NCBI GenBank assembly: GCA_036391835.1
Contig: DASVZC010000114.1
Coordinates: 9,805-73,804, forward strand
Origin: Ktedonobacterales bacterium
GTDB lineage: Bacteria; Chloroflexota; Ktedonobacteria; Ktedonobacterales; JADMIN01
Direction: 5' to 3'
Length of the DNA stretch: 64,000 bases
The notes below the pieces were generated by a model, which was given only the letters and a program-made list of their open reading frames with translations, did no database searches and was not told the DNA's origin. Below are positions 36,446 to 47,215 of the stretch, in pieces; the first letter of the stretch is position 1; each line of letters begins with the position of its first letter. Position numbers and translations under genes: made by a program.

Positions 36446-39400
36446 CTACCGCCCGGCTCCGGCCGCCGCGACGGTCGTGCGCGGGGCGGCGCCGACGATG
36501 ACGGGCAGCAGTTCGCGCAGACTATCGAGGAAGCGCGCTGGGTCGGCGTCGAGACGGCGACGCGGAACGCGCACTTCGCCAAGTTGGGCGCGAACGTCGT
36601 TTTTGAAGCGCTTGTAGAGGGCGACTCGGTCAGGCACGATGGTGCGACGCAACTTGAAGATGACATCGCCATCACGCGCGCTGATGCCTTCGTAGCCGAA
36701 CAGCGCCGCCTCCGTCTTGATCCGTGTGACGGCGAGCAGGTTCGCCACCGGCTCGGGCGGCGCGCCGAAGCGGTCGGCAAGTTCGCCCGCCAGCGCCTCG
36801 GCCTGCTCGGGACGGTCGAGATTCGCCATGCGCTGATAGAAATTCATCTTCAGCGCGCGGTCGTTGATGTAGTCGTCTGGGATGTAGGCTGTGACAGGCA
36901 ACTCCAGCGTTACCGCAACGGGGATGTCAGCCTGCTCAGGGCGCTTGCCTTCCATCTCGGCGATGCTTTCCGCCAGCAGACGGGTATACAGGTCGAAGCC
37001 GACGGAGTTCATGAAGCCAGACTGCTCCGCGCCGAGCAGGTTGCCAGCGCCACGAATCTCCAGGTCTTTCATCGCGATGCGGAAGCCCGCGCCCAGTTCG
37101 GTCGCCTCGAAGATGGCGCGCAGTCGCTTCTCGGCGACGGGTGTCAGCTTCGTATCCTTGTTGTAGAGGAAGTAGGCGTAGGCCTGGCGTCCGCTGCGAC
37201 CCACACGTCCGCGCAATTGGTAGAGTTGCGAGAGGCCGAAAAACGCGGCATTGTTCACGATGATCGTATTGGCGTTCGGAATGTCGAGGCCATTCTCGAT
37301 GATCGTGGTGCAGACGAGCACATTCGCCTCACCGGCTGAGAAGTCGAGCATCACATGCTCTAGCTGATCTTCGTGCATTTGGCCGTGGCCGACCACAAAC
37401 TTCGCCTCGGGGACGAGTTTACGCAGTCGGTCGGTCAACGCCTGGATGCCCTTGACTTTGTTGTGAACGAAGTAGACCTGGCCACCGCGATCTACCTCGC
37501 GCAGGATGACCTCGCGAATCATCGCATCTTCATACTCGCGTATATAGGTGCGAATCGGCAGCCGCTCCTGCGGGGGCGTCTCGATTACACTCATCTCGCG
37601 CACCTCAGAGAGCGCCATATAGAGTGTGCGCGGAATCGGCGTCGCTGAAAGTGTCAGTACGTCTACCTCGGCGCGCATCTGCTTCAAGCGCTCCTTGTGG
37701 GTCACGCCGAAGCGCTGCTCCTCATCGATGATGAGCAGACCCAGGCGATTGAACGCAACATCCTTCTGCAGCAGCCGATGCGTGCCGATGACGATATCCA
37801 CCGTGCCATCTTCTAGCCCCTTCAACGTGTCTTTGTTCTCCTTGTCTGACCGGAAACGGCTGAGGAGTTCCACGCGAACGGGATATGGTCGCAGACGCTG
37901 GCTGAAGGTATTGAAATGCTGGAGCGCCAGCACGGTCGTCGGCACAAGCACGGCCACCTGCCGCTGATCGAGCACAGCTTTGAAGGCGGCGCGCAGGGCA
38001 ACCTCGGTCTTGCCGTAGCCGACGTCGCCACAGACGAGGCGATCCATCGGGCGAGCGCGCTCCATATCAGATTTGACATCGGCGATGGCGCGGGCCTGGT
38101 CAGGCGTCTCGACGTACTGGAAGCCTTCTTCCATCTCTTGCAGCCACGGCTGCTGGTCGTCGGAGGGGAAAGGATGCCCCTGCACTGTCTCGCGCAGGCT
38201 GTAGAGCCGCAGCAAGTCGCCCGCGATCTCTTTGGCGCTCTCCTTCGCGCGCTGCTTGGCCCGCGCCCACTCGACGCCACCAAGCTTGCTCAGCGACGGA
38301 GCCGCGTCGCCCATGCCGATGTAGCGCGTCACGCGGTCAAGTTGGTCGGTGGGAATGTAGAGTCGGTCAGTACCCGCATAGCCAATCAGCAGATATTCGC
38401 GCTCCACGCCGTTGCTCTCCAGCTTGACGAGGCCATCGAAGCGGCCAATGCCGTGCTCCTGATGCACGACGAAGTCACCGGGGCGCAGTTCGGCGAGGAA
38501 GGCGGCGGGCGTAGTGGAGTGTTTGCGCTGGCTGGCGTCGTGGCCGCGCGCCCAGCCGAAGACCTCCGCATCGGTAAAGACGGTCAACGCCATCGAGCGA
38601 CTGTGCCACCCCTCGGGGAAGCGGCCATGCACCACCGCCAGCGTACCCGGCTCGGGCGACTCGGGGAGATCGGTCAGCGGCGAGACGATGACGATATTGT
38701 TATGTCCGAGCAGCGCCTCATCGCCGAAGACCTCGCACAGGCGACGCGCCTGCAAACTGGAGATGACCACGCGCTGCCGCTCACCCAACAATTTGCGTAC
38801 GTCCTGAGCGAAGGCGCGCAAGCGTCCACCGTAGGACTGCGCGGGCGTCAGGTCAGGGGCGAGCGCTGCGCCAATGCCGGTGACCTGCTCATCGGTGATG
38901 AGGCTGGCGAACCGCGCAGTCGGTCGGGCGTCGAGTAGAGGGCGCACATCGGCCCAGGCAAGGAACGACGGCTCGATGCCAGCGGGATGCTCGCCCTCTC
39001 GTTCGAGACGGTCACGCGCCTCTTCGCCCTGCTCGGCCAGTTGCTCGGCCACCCGCTGCGGCGCATCTTCGTCACCCAGCGCGACATAGCCACCCTGTGG
39101 CAGATAGGTCAGCACACTCGTCGGCTGGTGCAGATAGGGTAGATAGTAGGCGATGTCGGGAAATGACTGCCGGTCGCGCAACGATTGCAGATCATCTTGC
39201 CAGCGTTCGCGTGCGGCAGGGTTGAGGCCAATGGTATCGAGCGCAGCAAGTCGCTCGGCGGCTTCGCGTCCACGCGTGGCGAGCGCATCACGCGCGGGAG
39301 TGAGTAACGCTTCGTTGATAGCGTTGAGCGAGCGCTGCGTCTCGGGGTCGAATGTGCGGATGCTCTCGATCTCATCGCCGAAGAACTCGATGCGGATGGG

Positions 39401-40006
39401 TCGCTCCATCGCAGGGGAAAAGACATCGACGATACCGCCGCGATGGGTACATTGGCCGACCTCGGCCACCTCGGCCTCGAAGTCGTAGCCGAGCGTCATC
39501 AGTCGTTCCAGCAGGAGGCGTGGGTCGAGCCGCTGCCCCGGCGCGAGCGCGAGCAACGCGGCGCGAAACTCATCGAGCGGCATGATTGGCTGCGTGAGGG
39601 CGCGCGGCGAACAGACGACAATGGCGGGCTCCGTGGGAGCGTCGGCGGCGCGAGCCAGCAGAATCAGCGCATTCATGCGCGATTTGATCGTGTCGCGGTC
39701 AGGCAGCAGCCGCTCCCAAGGCAGCGCGTCGAGCGCGGGGAACGTGCGGATGGGCATGGAGCCGCCAGTGAGCGCCAGTAACGCCTGGGCCGCGCTCTCG
39801 ACCTGCTCGTCGTCGCGAGTGACGTAGAGTAGCGGCGCCTGCAACGATTCGGCGAGTCCAGCGATGAGATACGGACGGGCCGATTCGCTCACGCCAGAGA
39901 TGGCGGGCACGGAACCGCCGCCTGCTTTGACAGCCAGCAGGCGCTCACGCAGGCGGAGCAGTTCAGGACGATTCTCCAGCAGTGGCAGTAATCCACGCAG
40001 CGACAC
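36446..40006 (-). CDS. mfd: Transcription-repair coupling factor Mfd
   Basis: 1186 aa. Helicase motifs [39 protein letters not shown]. UvrB-homology N-terminus. GTG 40006 lies 6 nt after GGAGG. Confidence 0.95.
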   Translation of the reverse strand: MSLRGLLPLLENRPELLRLRERLLAVKAGGGSVPAISGVSESARPYLIAGLAESLQAPLLYVTRDDEQVESAAQALLALTGGSMPIRTFPALDALPWERLLPDRDTIKSRMNALILLARAADAPTEPAIVVCSPRALTQPIMPLDEFRAALLALAPGQRLDPRLLLERLMTLGYDFEAEVAEVGQCTHRGGIVDVFSPAMERPIRIEFFGDEIESIRTFDPETQRSLNAINEALLTPARDALATRGREAAERLAALDTIGLNPAARERWQDDLQSLRDRQSFPDIAYYLPYLHQPTSVLTYLPQGGYVALGDEDAPQRVAEQLAEQGEEARDRLEREGEHPAGIEPSFLAWADVRPLLDARPTARFASLITDEQVTGIGAALAPDLTPAQSYGGRLRAFAQDVRKLLGERQRVVISSLQARRLCEVFGDEALLGHNNIVIVSPLTDLPESPEPGTLAVVHGRFPEGWHSRSMALTVFTDAEVFGWARGHDASQRKHSTTPAAFLAELRPGDFVVHQEHGIGRFDGLVKLESNGVEREYLLIGYAGTDRLYIPTDQLDRVTRYIGMGDAAPSLSKLGGVEWARAKQRAKESAKEIAGDLLRLYSLRETVQGHPFPSDDQQPWLQEMEEGFQYVETPDQARAIADVKSDMERARPMDRLVCGDVGYGKTEVALRAAFKAVLDQRQVAVLVPTTVLALQHFNTFSQRLRPYPVRVELLSRFRSDKENKDTLKGLEDGTVDIVIGTHRLLQKDVAFNRLGLLIIDEEQRFGVTHKERLKQMRAEVDVLTLSATPIPRTLYMALSEVREMSVIETPPQERLPIRTYIREYEDAMIREVILREVDRGGQVYFVHNKVKGIQALTDRLRKLVPEAKFVVGHGQMHEDQLEHVMLDFSAGEANVLVCTTIIENGLDIPNANTIIVNNAAFFGLSQLYQLRGRVGRSGRQAYAYFLYNKDTKLTPVAEKRLRAIFEATELGAGFRIAMKDLEIRGAGNLLGAEQSGFMNSVGFDLYTRLLAESIAEMEGKRPEQADIPVAVTLELPVTAYIPDDYINDRALKMNFYQRMANLDRPEQAEALAGELADRFGAPPEPVANLLAVTRIKTEAALFGYEGISARDGDVIFKLRRTIVPDRVALYKRFKNDVRAQLGEVRVPRRRLDADPARFLDSLRELLPVIVGAAPRTTVAAAGAGR

Positions 40007-40070
40007 GAGCGGCCTCCATCCAAATCAGCAGGCGGGGCGACCTCACGGCGCGGCGCCAGGACAGCATATG

Positions 40071-40694
40071 CTAGCCGTTGAACCGGTTCATCGCCGGTTC
40101 GATGCCCTCACCGACCCAGACGAGCGCGGCGTCGGCGGCGAGGGCGATAGCCTCATCGAGCTTGGCGCGCTCATCGCCACGCGGGGCGCTCAGCAAAAAG
40201 TCCACGTTCTCCCCACGGCCATGCACGGGCCGGCCGATGCCGATCTTGAGCCGGGGGAAGTCGTTGGTTCCCAGCAGGCGAATAGTGGACTCCAGGCCAT
40301 GCTGGCCGCCCGCAGCGCCACGCGCCCGCAGCCGCACACGCGCGAGGGGCAGATCGAGGTCGTCGCAGACGATCAGCATGTCGTGGAGATCGAGTTTATA
40401 GAAGCGGACGAGTTCGCCGACCGCGACGCCGCTGTCGTTCATGAAGGTCTGTGGCTTGGCGAGCAGGACTTTTTCCTCGCGCCATGTGGGCGCGAGTGGC
40501 GCAGCGCCGGGCTCCGCGACGGGAGCGGGCGTGGCGACGCGGACGAATCCGCTGGTGATGTGGGTTTTGCTGCGATGCGACTCCCACGACCACCCATTAC
40601 GGTTGGCAAGTAGATCAACGACATCGAAACCAACGTTGTGGCGCGTGCGGGCGTAGCGCGCCCCGGGATTCCCTAAACCGACGATGAGCCTCAC
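40071..40694 (-). CDS. pth: Peptidyl-tRNA hydrolase
   Basis: VRLIVGLGNPGARYARTRHNVGF. GTG 40694 gives a canonical N-terminus; ATG 40730 is an alternative. Confidence 0.9.
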   Translation of the reverse strand: MRLIVGLGNPGARYARTRHNVGFDVVDLLANRNGWSWESHRSKTHITSGFVRVATPAPVAEPGAAPLAPTWREEKVLLAKPQTFMNDSGVAVGELVRFYKLDLHDMLIVCDDLDLPLARVRLRARGAAGGQHGLESTIRLLGTNDFPRLKIGIGRPVHGRGENVDFLLSAPRGDERAKLDEAIALAADAALVWVGEGIEPAMNRFNG

Positions 40695-40811
40695 CGACCA
40701 GCCAACCTCTTCTCTCAAGCGTGGCCACATCGCGGCGCACAACAACAGACGGGGCGGCCGCAATCGCGACCCCCCTCAGCGCGGCCTGCGCGCGGCGCGC
40801 AGCCATCCTCT

Positions 40812-40820
40812 ATTTTACCA
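40812..40820 (-). promoter_or_regulatory. Candidate extended -10 promoter (TGGTAAAAT on minus strand) for pth-mfd
   Basis: Reverse complement of attttacca, about 118 nt upstream of GTG 40694. Confidence 0.35.
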
Positions 40821-41121
40821 CGCGAGCAACGGGCGCGGGCAGAGATGGAAAGATCGGCAGGCGCCCACGTGCTCGCGTGGTAGCTCAGACGCCATGGACA
40901 CAGGCCGCTAGCGCTCCTCTCGCTGTGAGAAGCAAGCGGCTCTACGCGTAGTTTATGGCAAATGGGCGTCGCGGGGCCGGGTGGATGCCAGAACGGCAGG
41001 GACGCGAATGGTCGGGGATCGGCGAACGCGCAGCAAGATCTGAAGATCATCGTTAGCATGCTCGCGCTGGCGCTGAGTGATCCGCCGGATACGTTTACGC
41101 GAGGGCAGGAGTCCAAGCACT

Positions 41122-42645
41122 ATGACGATTCGTGAGTTTTGGTTCGGCTCCGCTGTTGTGTGTTTCGTGGCCGCAGCGTCCGTGCTGGGTATTGTCCTCT
41201 ACGGAGTGATGCAACGGGCGCGGGCAGGGAATCGTCGCGCCTGGGCCGGACGCCTCCGCTGGGCCACGCCGATTATCACACTGGTTCTGCTAGGCGCATG
41301 TGTGCTGCACTTCCTGCCTCAGGAGCCGGGAAACCCAAATTTCGTAAATCGACCCGCGCCCGCCGATCCAGATGGCATCGTCGCATTTGTTCAACCAGAA
41401 CTATCCGCAGACCGCGATACCATCATCGCTATGAATGCGCGAACTGGGCAGATTCGCTGGCGGAATCAAATTCCCTTCGCTCTAGACCCATGGGGGCAGC
41501 ATTACAACCTCTTCAATCTGGACAGTGTGATGCGCCCGCTGCCACACGTCATCCTCGCAGTGGGCGATTATACTGGTATCTACGCATTACGAGCGTCGGA
41601 CGGCTCATTGCTCTGGAGCCAGCCCGACGTGCGGGGTCTCTCCATCAGTAACAGACCATTGCCATCCTTGATCGCCGTCGATGGCAAACAGATATTCATA
41701 GCGGAACGAAACGCTGATCCACCTGGAAGTTCGGTTACAATCGCGGCATTCGACGTGAGTACCGGGCATATCAACTGGCGCATCCAGGCGCCCAAGACGC
41801 AGCGCTACCTGACCGCGCTTACCGTGGCAGATGGGCAGGTGTTCGTCGCCGGTGGCGAGCAGGACAGCAGTAAGCCGCACCTGGTGTGGATGTCTGCGCT
41901 TGACGAAGCAGACGGCTCGCTCAAATGGACGGTGTCTCATGCGATCGCATGGCTGGCAGGCATCTCATCTCTGTTCGTCGTAGGAGGGAACGTGGTCATC
42001 GTTCCCAACATTGGCGAGGTGACAGCGCTGCGCGAGCGCGATGGCGCGCTCACCTGGCATACGCCACTCTTCGCTGGGAGTAATGATCGCATCATCTTAG
42101 CGGCGACGAGCGATGGCGCACGTGTATATGCGCTGGCTGAGCCTCAACTTTCAACGCACACAGTAGCAACCGTGGCTGAGCAGATCAGCCCACCTGCGGC
42201 GCTGGCGGCGCTCGACGCTAGCAGCGGGGCGATTCGTTGGCTGTTGAGCATTTCCCCATTCAGCGATCGGAGCACGCTCGTAGTGTCCGATGGTGTGCTG
42301 CTCCGCGGGGTAGGGATGGTTGGCTCGGACGCTTATGACGCCTATAAACCGAATGGAAGTCTGCTCACCGCCTATGACGCCGCCACCGGGCGAGCGCTCT
42401 GGCGTGACAACACGCCGTCCAGTGGCATCTCGTGGAATATACCCCTTCAACTGGCGCCACAGGGCAACAGTGGATCGGTGTATTTGGAGGGCATCCAGGC
42501 CGACCCATACGTTCGGGACAATCTCCTCTGTCCTCTCATCTACTGTCCTGGCTTCTCCTGGGTCTACGCCGTCAACATTCACACGGGCGCGCCTTGGTGG
42601 CGCACCGGCACAGGCAAGCTCACACTGGAGCAGCTCGGCGGCTAG
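41122..42645 (+). CDS. PQQ-like (BamB-type) beta-propeller repeat protein with N-terminal TM anchor
   Basis: N-terminal TM helix FGSAVVCFVAAASVLGIVLYGV. Repeated ...G.IRW / GSLLWS / GHINWR / GSLKWT / GALTWH / GAIRWL / GRALWR propeller blades. Confidence 0.75.
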   Translation: MTIREFWFGSAVVCFVAAASVLGIVLYGVMQRARAGNRRAWAGRLRWATPIITLVLLGACVLHFLPQEPGNPNFVNRPAPADPDGIVAFVQPELSADRDTIIAMNARTGQIRWRNQIPFALDPWGQHYNLFNLDSVMRPLPHVILAVGDYTGIYALRASDGSLLWSQPDVRGLSISNRPLPSLIAVDGKQIFIAERNADPPGSSVTIAAFDVSTGHINWRIQAPKTQRYLTALTVADGQVFVAGGEQDSSKPHLVWMSALDEADGSLKWTVSHAIAWLAGISSLFVVGGNVVIVPNIGEVTALRERDGALTWHTPLFAGSNDRIILAATSDGARVYALAEPQLSTHTVATVAEQISPPAALAALDASSGAIRWLLSISPFSDRSTLVVSDGVLLRGVGMVGSDAYDAYKPNGSLLTAYDAATGRALWRDNTPSSGISWNIPLQLAPQGNSGSVYLEGIQADPYVRDNLLCPLIYCPGFSWVYAVNIHTGAPWWRTGTGKLTLEQLGG

Positions 42646-43140
42646 CCGCGCTACGTCCACACCAGGGGTGGCAGAGCGACAGAGCGATTAACAATACCGC
42701 GTGCTAGCGCAGGCCAGACACACTGAAGTAGCTCGTGCTCGTATCAACCGGCGAGAGAGGGCTTCTTTTTCTCTCGCGGATGAGTGCGCCGCGACGTCAA
42801 TGCCCTGCTTGCGCGCTGCCATGTCGCTTGCGACCACTTTTTGCGTTATGATACACTTGTTCGTGATATGTCTCTCTCAGGGTACACTAGCTGGCCGATT
42901 CACCTATCGTCCGTTTATCGTCCGTTGCTCTTATTTCTGCGCGACCAATACTACTGTTCTCAATGGGTTGCGCTGTGGACACTGTCTGGAGCACTCGGCG
43001 AACGAGCGCAAGACCATCAATTCGCTGTGGGCTGATGGATCAGCTTGGGCGCGGCGAGTTGGCCATCGCATGACATAGGTACGAAAAACCTGCCTTAGAG
43101 ATGATTTGTATGTAGTTACCACTACCCAGGAGCGCATCCG

Positions 43141-44388
43141 ATGCAAGACGAAATTGCGTTGTTCATCGACTTCGAGAACATTCGCTACAGCCTTCTGAAT
43201 GTGCAGCGCCGCGAGCCTGATCCACAAGAGTTGATCTCTATCGCGGGCCGTTTTGGCACCGTCATGGTCGCCCGCGCGTATGCCGACTGGGGACGCCAGC
43301 CAGACTTCTTCAAAGGCAGCCTGACAGCGGCAATGATTGACCGTGTGGATTGCCCCGCCAAGGTGCGCGAGCGCTTCCGGCAGAATCAGAATCAGAGCCA
43401 GCAGTTCTATCAAAATGCGCAGGCGCCCTATGATCGACGCTGGGGCCAGGGCGCCGAAAGCTCCGGCGAGTATAGCTATGACGATGCGCGCGACGAGTCG
43501 CTGGATGAGCAGGAGATGCTGGCTGGCGATGAGGGCGAGATGGGGGACGAGTCGGGCATCGAGATGCACGACGGCGCCGGTAACTATGAGCAATCCCCCG
43601 ATGAACGTGGCGACTCCGCAGGCGATGATCGCCGACGTGGCGAAGAAGGCTATGGCTATCAGGGACAACCCTACTTCCCACCGCAGCAGCAGCCCCAACC
43701 CTCTACCATCATCACGCAGAGCACTGTTGACCTCAACATGCTGATGGACATCATCGAAACGGTGTTCGACCGACCCAACATCAACACCTACGTTCTGATG
43801 ACTGGTGACCGCGACTTCACCCGCATTTGCGCGCGACTCAAGCATCGGCTGAACAAGCGCGTCATCGTCTGCGGCATCCCCGGAACCGTCAGCCGCGATC
43901 TCATCAGCGCGGCAGAGCAGTTCATTCCGCTGGGCTTCGGCAATAGCCAGCCAAGCTACACCAGCGGCAGTCTGAACTCTGGCCCCATCGCTCCCAGCGC
44001 GCCTGGCTACCAGCGTCCGTATACTCCGGGCGCACAGTACAGCAACCAACTCGCGCCGGTCGAGCCAGATGAGCCAGGCTTCATCCAGTTCCTCGATTAC
44101 ATCGATCGCCACTGGTCGTGGCGCACGGTGGGCGGCGTCGCCAACTTCATCGGCGACCCATACAATCCGAAGAATCGCTTCCGTGGTCGCCTGACTCGCG
44201 ACACTGCGCGTGAGTTGCTGATCGCCTGCATCGAGCAGGACATCCTCGACGACGCGCCAGACGCACAGGGCAACCACAATCTGCGGCTCAATCGCGAGCA
44301 TCCACGTGTCGCTGAGGTGCTGAGTGATCTGGCCCAGCGCCAGAACTACCAGCCCTATCAGCAGTTCCAGCCGTACTCGCCGCAGTAG
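43141..44388 (+). CDS. NYN (LabA/DUF88-like) domain protein with internal low-complexity insertion and C-terminal helical domain
   Basis: IALFIDFENI ... ARAYADW ... [about 120 aa Q/E/D/G-rich] ... YVLMTGDRDFTRICARLKHRLNKRVIVCG. AGGAG lies 8 nt upstream of ATG. Confidence 0.75.
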   Translation: MQDEIALFIDFENIRYSLLNVQRREPDPQELISIAGRFGTVMVARAYADWGRQPDFFKGSLTAAMIDRVDCPAKVRERFRQNQNQSQQFYQNAQAPYDRRWGQGAESSGEYSYDDARDESLDEQEMLAGDEGEMGDESGIEMHDGAGNYEQSPDERGDSAGDDRRRGEEGYGYQGQPYFPPQQQPQPSTIITQSTVDLNMLMDIIETVFDRPNINTYVLMTGDRDFTRICARLKHRLNKRVIVCGIPGTVSRDLISAAEQFIPLGFGNSQPSYTSGSLNSGPIAPSAPGYQRPYTPGAQYSNQLAPVEPDEPGFIQFLDYIDRHWSWRTVGGVANFIGDPYNPKNRFRGRLTRDTARELLIACIEQDILDDAPDAQGNHNLRLNREHPRVAEVLSDLAQRQNYQPYQQFQPYSPQ

Positions 44389-44410
44389 TAGTGGTACGTG
44401 CGGACACATG

Positions 44411-44445
44411 AAACACCCCCGACTCGCTGTGAGTCGGGGGTGTTT
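44411..44445. terminator. Bidirectional terminator-like hairpin (15-bp stem) between convergent genes
   Basis: aaacacccccgactc / gctgt / gagtcgggggtgttt. Confidence 0.6.
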
Positions 44446-44449
44446 CGCA

Positions 44450-44995
44450 TCAGGCGGACTGCGAATCGTCGGCGCCACGCCAACGCAGGGTGAGCGGCTG
44501 CTCGTCCGCCATAGCGTCGGCGCCGCGTACCTCGACGGTGGGAAGTTGCGCAAAGAGCGCGAAGAGCCAAGCGACGCCCGATGCGCCTGTGCCGACTGCC
44601 TGAAATGCGGCGGTATCCACTGGTTCGCCGCGAAGGAGCATACCCCAGGCGACCCGCGCCAGCCTCGCCGGGATGGATACCTCGCGTTGCTCCACACCAT
44701 CCTTGGCAGGCGCATACCAGACGACGATTTCGCGCGCATTCGCGAAGAGAATGTCAAACGCGCCCTCGCCTACGGGCGGCGCGCATGGACCCGGAACCGC
44801 GCGCAGGCTACGCAACAGGTCTGCGAAGGCCGCATCGAGCGCATCGCTTGCATCCAGAGGCGATGTGTCGGGCGCGACGTCAGGGATGTCGTCACTGGCT
44901 CGGCCAGCGCGCGACGTGACGGCAGGCTCGTCGGGATAGCCTTCAGACGCGGCATCCCAGTCAGACCAGGCGGCATCATCGTGCATCGCGCTCAT
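44450..44995 (-). CDS. Hypothetical acidic protein
   Basis: ORF 44450-45034 lies immediately downstream of prs. No recognisable motif. Start uncertain: ATG 44995, ATG 44986 or TTG 45034. Confidence 0.45.
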   Translation of the reverse strand: MSAMHDDAAWSDWDAASEGYPDEPAVTSRAGRASDDIPDVAPDTSPLDASDALDAAFADLLRSLRAVPGPCAPPVGEGAFDILFANAREIVVWYAPAKDGVEQREVSIPARLARVAWGMLLRGEPVDTAAFQAVGTGASGVAWLFALFAQLPTVEVRGADAMADEQPLTLRWRGADDSQSA

Positions 44996-45037
44996 CGCAT
45001 TCTTCACAGACCAGCGGGACGGCGGCGCCCGCAAACG

Positions 45038-46000
45038 CTATTTCTCGCTCTTGCCGTGGCGGCCATCGAAGAGTTCGGAGACTGAACGCCCCTCGTGTAT
45101 GCGCTCGATCGCGCCCGCAATCAGTGGCGCGACGGAGAGCGTGGTAATGAACGGCAATCGCTTCTCCTCGGGAAGCGGCACGCTGTCGGTGATGATCAGT
45201 TCTTTCAGGCCTGAAGCACGCAGCCGGTCGATGGCTGGGCCACTCAACACACCATGCGATGCGCAGGCATAGACCTCTTTCGCGCCATGCTCCCGCACCA
45301 CGCCGATCGCCTGCATCATCGAACCAGCCGTGTCGATCTCGTCGTCCACGATCAGGGCATTGCGCCCATCAACGGCGCCAATCAGGCTCATAGCCTCGGC
45401 GTGGCCGCTGTTTCCCATGCGCCGCTTCTCGACAATGGCCAGCGGAGCATCGAGCAACTCAGCGATGTTGCGCGCTTTCTTCGCGAAACCGGCGTCGGTC
45501 GCCACCACGGTAAGATCGGAAATATGCTGGGCGCGAATGTACTCGGCGAGCAGGTTCTTGGCGGTCAACTCGTCCACGGGAATATTGAAGAAACCCTGAA
45601 TCTGTCCGGCATGGAGGTCCATCGTCAACATGCGGCCAGCCCCCGCAACGGAGAGGCAGTCAGCGATCAGGCGCGCGGTGATCGGCACACGCGGCTGATC
45701 TTTCTTGTCGGTGCGGCCATAGGCATAGTAAGGAATGACCGCAGTGACACGCTGCGCAGAGGCCCGCTTGAATGCATCCAGGATGATCAGCAATTCCATG
45801 ATGGAGGTGTTGACCGGAGATGTCAGCGGCTGCACGACGAAGACATCGCATCCACGCACATTCTCATCAATCTTGACGAAGATGTTCTCGTTGCTAAACT
45901 CGAATACTTGCGCCTTTCCGAGTGTGATACCCAATTCGCGGCAGATATCTTTCGCAAGTTGAGGATGCGCGTTGCCGGTGAATACAGCAAGGTCATTCAT
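45038..46000 (-). CDS. prs: Ribose-phosphate pyrophosphokinase
   Basis: Trimmed to ATG 46000 (MNDLAVFTGNAHPQLAKDICRELG...). DLHAGQIQGFF and LIVDDEIDTAGS (PRPP loop). Confidence 0.93.
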   Translation of the reverse strand: MNDLAVFTGNAHPQLAKDICRELGITLGKAQVFEFSNENIFVKIDENVRGCDVFVVQPLTSPVNTSIMELLIILDAFKRASAQRVTAVIPYYAYGRTDKKDQPRVPITARLIADCLSVAGAGRMLTMDLHAGQIQGFFNIPVDELTAKNLLAEYIRAQHISDLTVVATDAGFAKKARNIAELLDAPLAIVEKRRMGNSGHAEAMSLIGAVDGRNALIVDDEIDTAGSMMQAIGVVREHGAKEVYACASHGVLSGPAIDRLRASGLKELIITDSVPLPEEKRLPFITTLSVAPLIAGAIERIHEGRSVSELFDGRHGKSEK

Positions 46001-46070
46001 GCTGGCCTCATGGTAGAAGTTCAGAGGGGTTAAGTTCTCAGTCGCCGCGACAAAGCGCGCCGCATTCTTG

Positions 46071-46079
46071 AGTATAGCA
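46071..46079 (-). promoter_or_regulatory. Candidate extended -10 promoter (TGCTATACT on minus strand) for prs
   Basis: Reverse complement of agtatagca, about 71 nt upstream of ATG 46000. Confidence 0.4.
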
Positions 46080-46316
46080 CCCACGCCAATGCGGCAGGAC
46101 TGCCATGTGCCCCTGCGTTCCTCTATCTTCTCAGCAGGAGTGAAATCGGCAATGGGCATCCATGCTGGGTGCGGAGGTGGGGTGTGCAAGTGGATGCTGA
46201 GACACAACTGAGCGCGGGCGGCGCCTGTGATGTCACCGATTGACGACGCGCTCACCTATCATGTTCAATGTGGTGGAAGCGCACGGAAGCCGAGGTATTC
46301 CACGTATGGAGAACGC

Positions 46317-47060
46317 ATGATGTATGCGACATTTCGCTGGCTAACCATACTTGCGTTGTGGTTGGCGCCAGCCGCCATGCTCGGGCTTGTGGCGCTCGCC
46401 CTGCTCAGCCTGTTCACGCTGGGTGGCGCACGGCGCAACGCGATGGCGCTGCTGGCGTCGGGCGTCTGTTGCATACTGACCGGGGCAATCCTCCTCTATG
46501 GCTCAGTCGCGTCCTATTATGCTGCGCAGGATAACGCCTACCTGATCAATGTATATCTGGGGTTGCTGCTGATGCTGGTCAGCGCTGGCGTGATGCTCCC
46601 AGGCGGGCTCGCGGGTATGGGTCTGCATCGAATCATGGCCACGGCGCTGGCAGTGCTCGGGCTGGCGGGCGTGATCGGTGTCTATGCCTGCATCGGCCTC
46701 TACTTCCCCAAGGGTGGCGTCTTCGTCGTGTATGACGTCTTGGCGCAACTGGGCGTCGTGGCGCTGGCGCTGCTGGCGCTCAGACGTGTCGGTGTGCTGC
46801 TGGGCGCGCTCGGCCTGGGCGCTGTGGGAATAGTCGTTGCGCTGGCGCTCTGGTTCATTCCCGCGATGATGACGGGAACAGTCAATCTGGCGGTCTACAC
46901 ACAATTCGGTGTGGATCGGGCGCTGGCCGACAAGCCGCCGATCTTGGATGGCAACGGAGCCGCCACCACCATATTCGTCGCGGTGGCCGTGTTCGTCGCC
47001 GGTCGGCTGGGACACCTTCCGCCGCGTCCAGCCGACGCGCCTGCGACGGTCGCGGTGTAA
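46317..47060 (+). CDS. Hypothetical polytopic membrane protein
   Basis: Seven to eight hydrophobic helices rich in L/A/G. No motif recognised. Confidence 0.6.
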   Translation: MMYATFRWLTILALWLAPAAMLGLVALALLSLFTLGGARRNAMALLASGVCCILTGAILLYGSVASYYAAQDNAYLINVYLGLLLMLVSAGVMLPGGLAGMGLHRIMATALAVLGLAGVIGVYACIGLYFPKGGVFVVYDVLAQLGVVALALLALRRVGVLLGALGLGAVGIVVALALWFIPAMMTGTVNLAVYTQFGVDRALADKPPILDGNGAATTIFVAVAVFVAGRLGHLPPRPADAPATVAV

Positions 47061-47215
47061 TCTGAGAATTTCCTCACATTTCAGCAAACTTATGTAACAT
47101 TGGCGTTCCCTCTGCGCACTAACTCAGTAGATGGCTCACCTGAGCCGTTGGGATGCTCCTAGTTCGTGTGGCTTTTCGTGCGAAACACGTCTTCGTTGAG
47201 GTACAATCGTGACGA

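Noticed and set aside
36347-38938. + strand ORFs 36347-37339 (330 aa) and 37916-38938 (340 aa)
   Set aside because: They are antisense shadows of mfd, whose helicase motifs are unambiguous on the minus strand.
42931-44757. 608-aa minus-strand ORF, the longest unassigned ORF in the track
   Set aside because: It is antisense to the well-supported NYN gene and runs through intergenic sequence and a terminator hairpin. Its composition is R/A/L-rich with no motifs.
44450-45034. Ribosomal protein L25/Ctc, as expected between prs and pth
   Set aside because: The translated sequence is acidic and Ala/Asp-rich, with none of the L25 N-terminal beta-barrel pattern.
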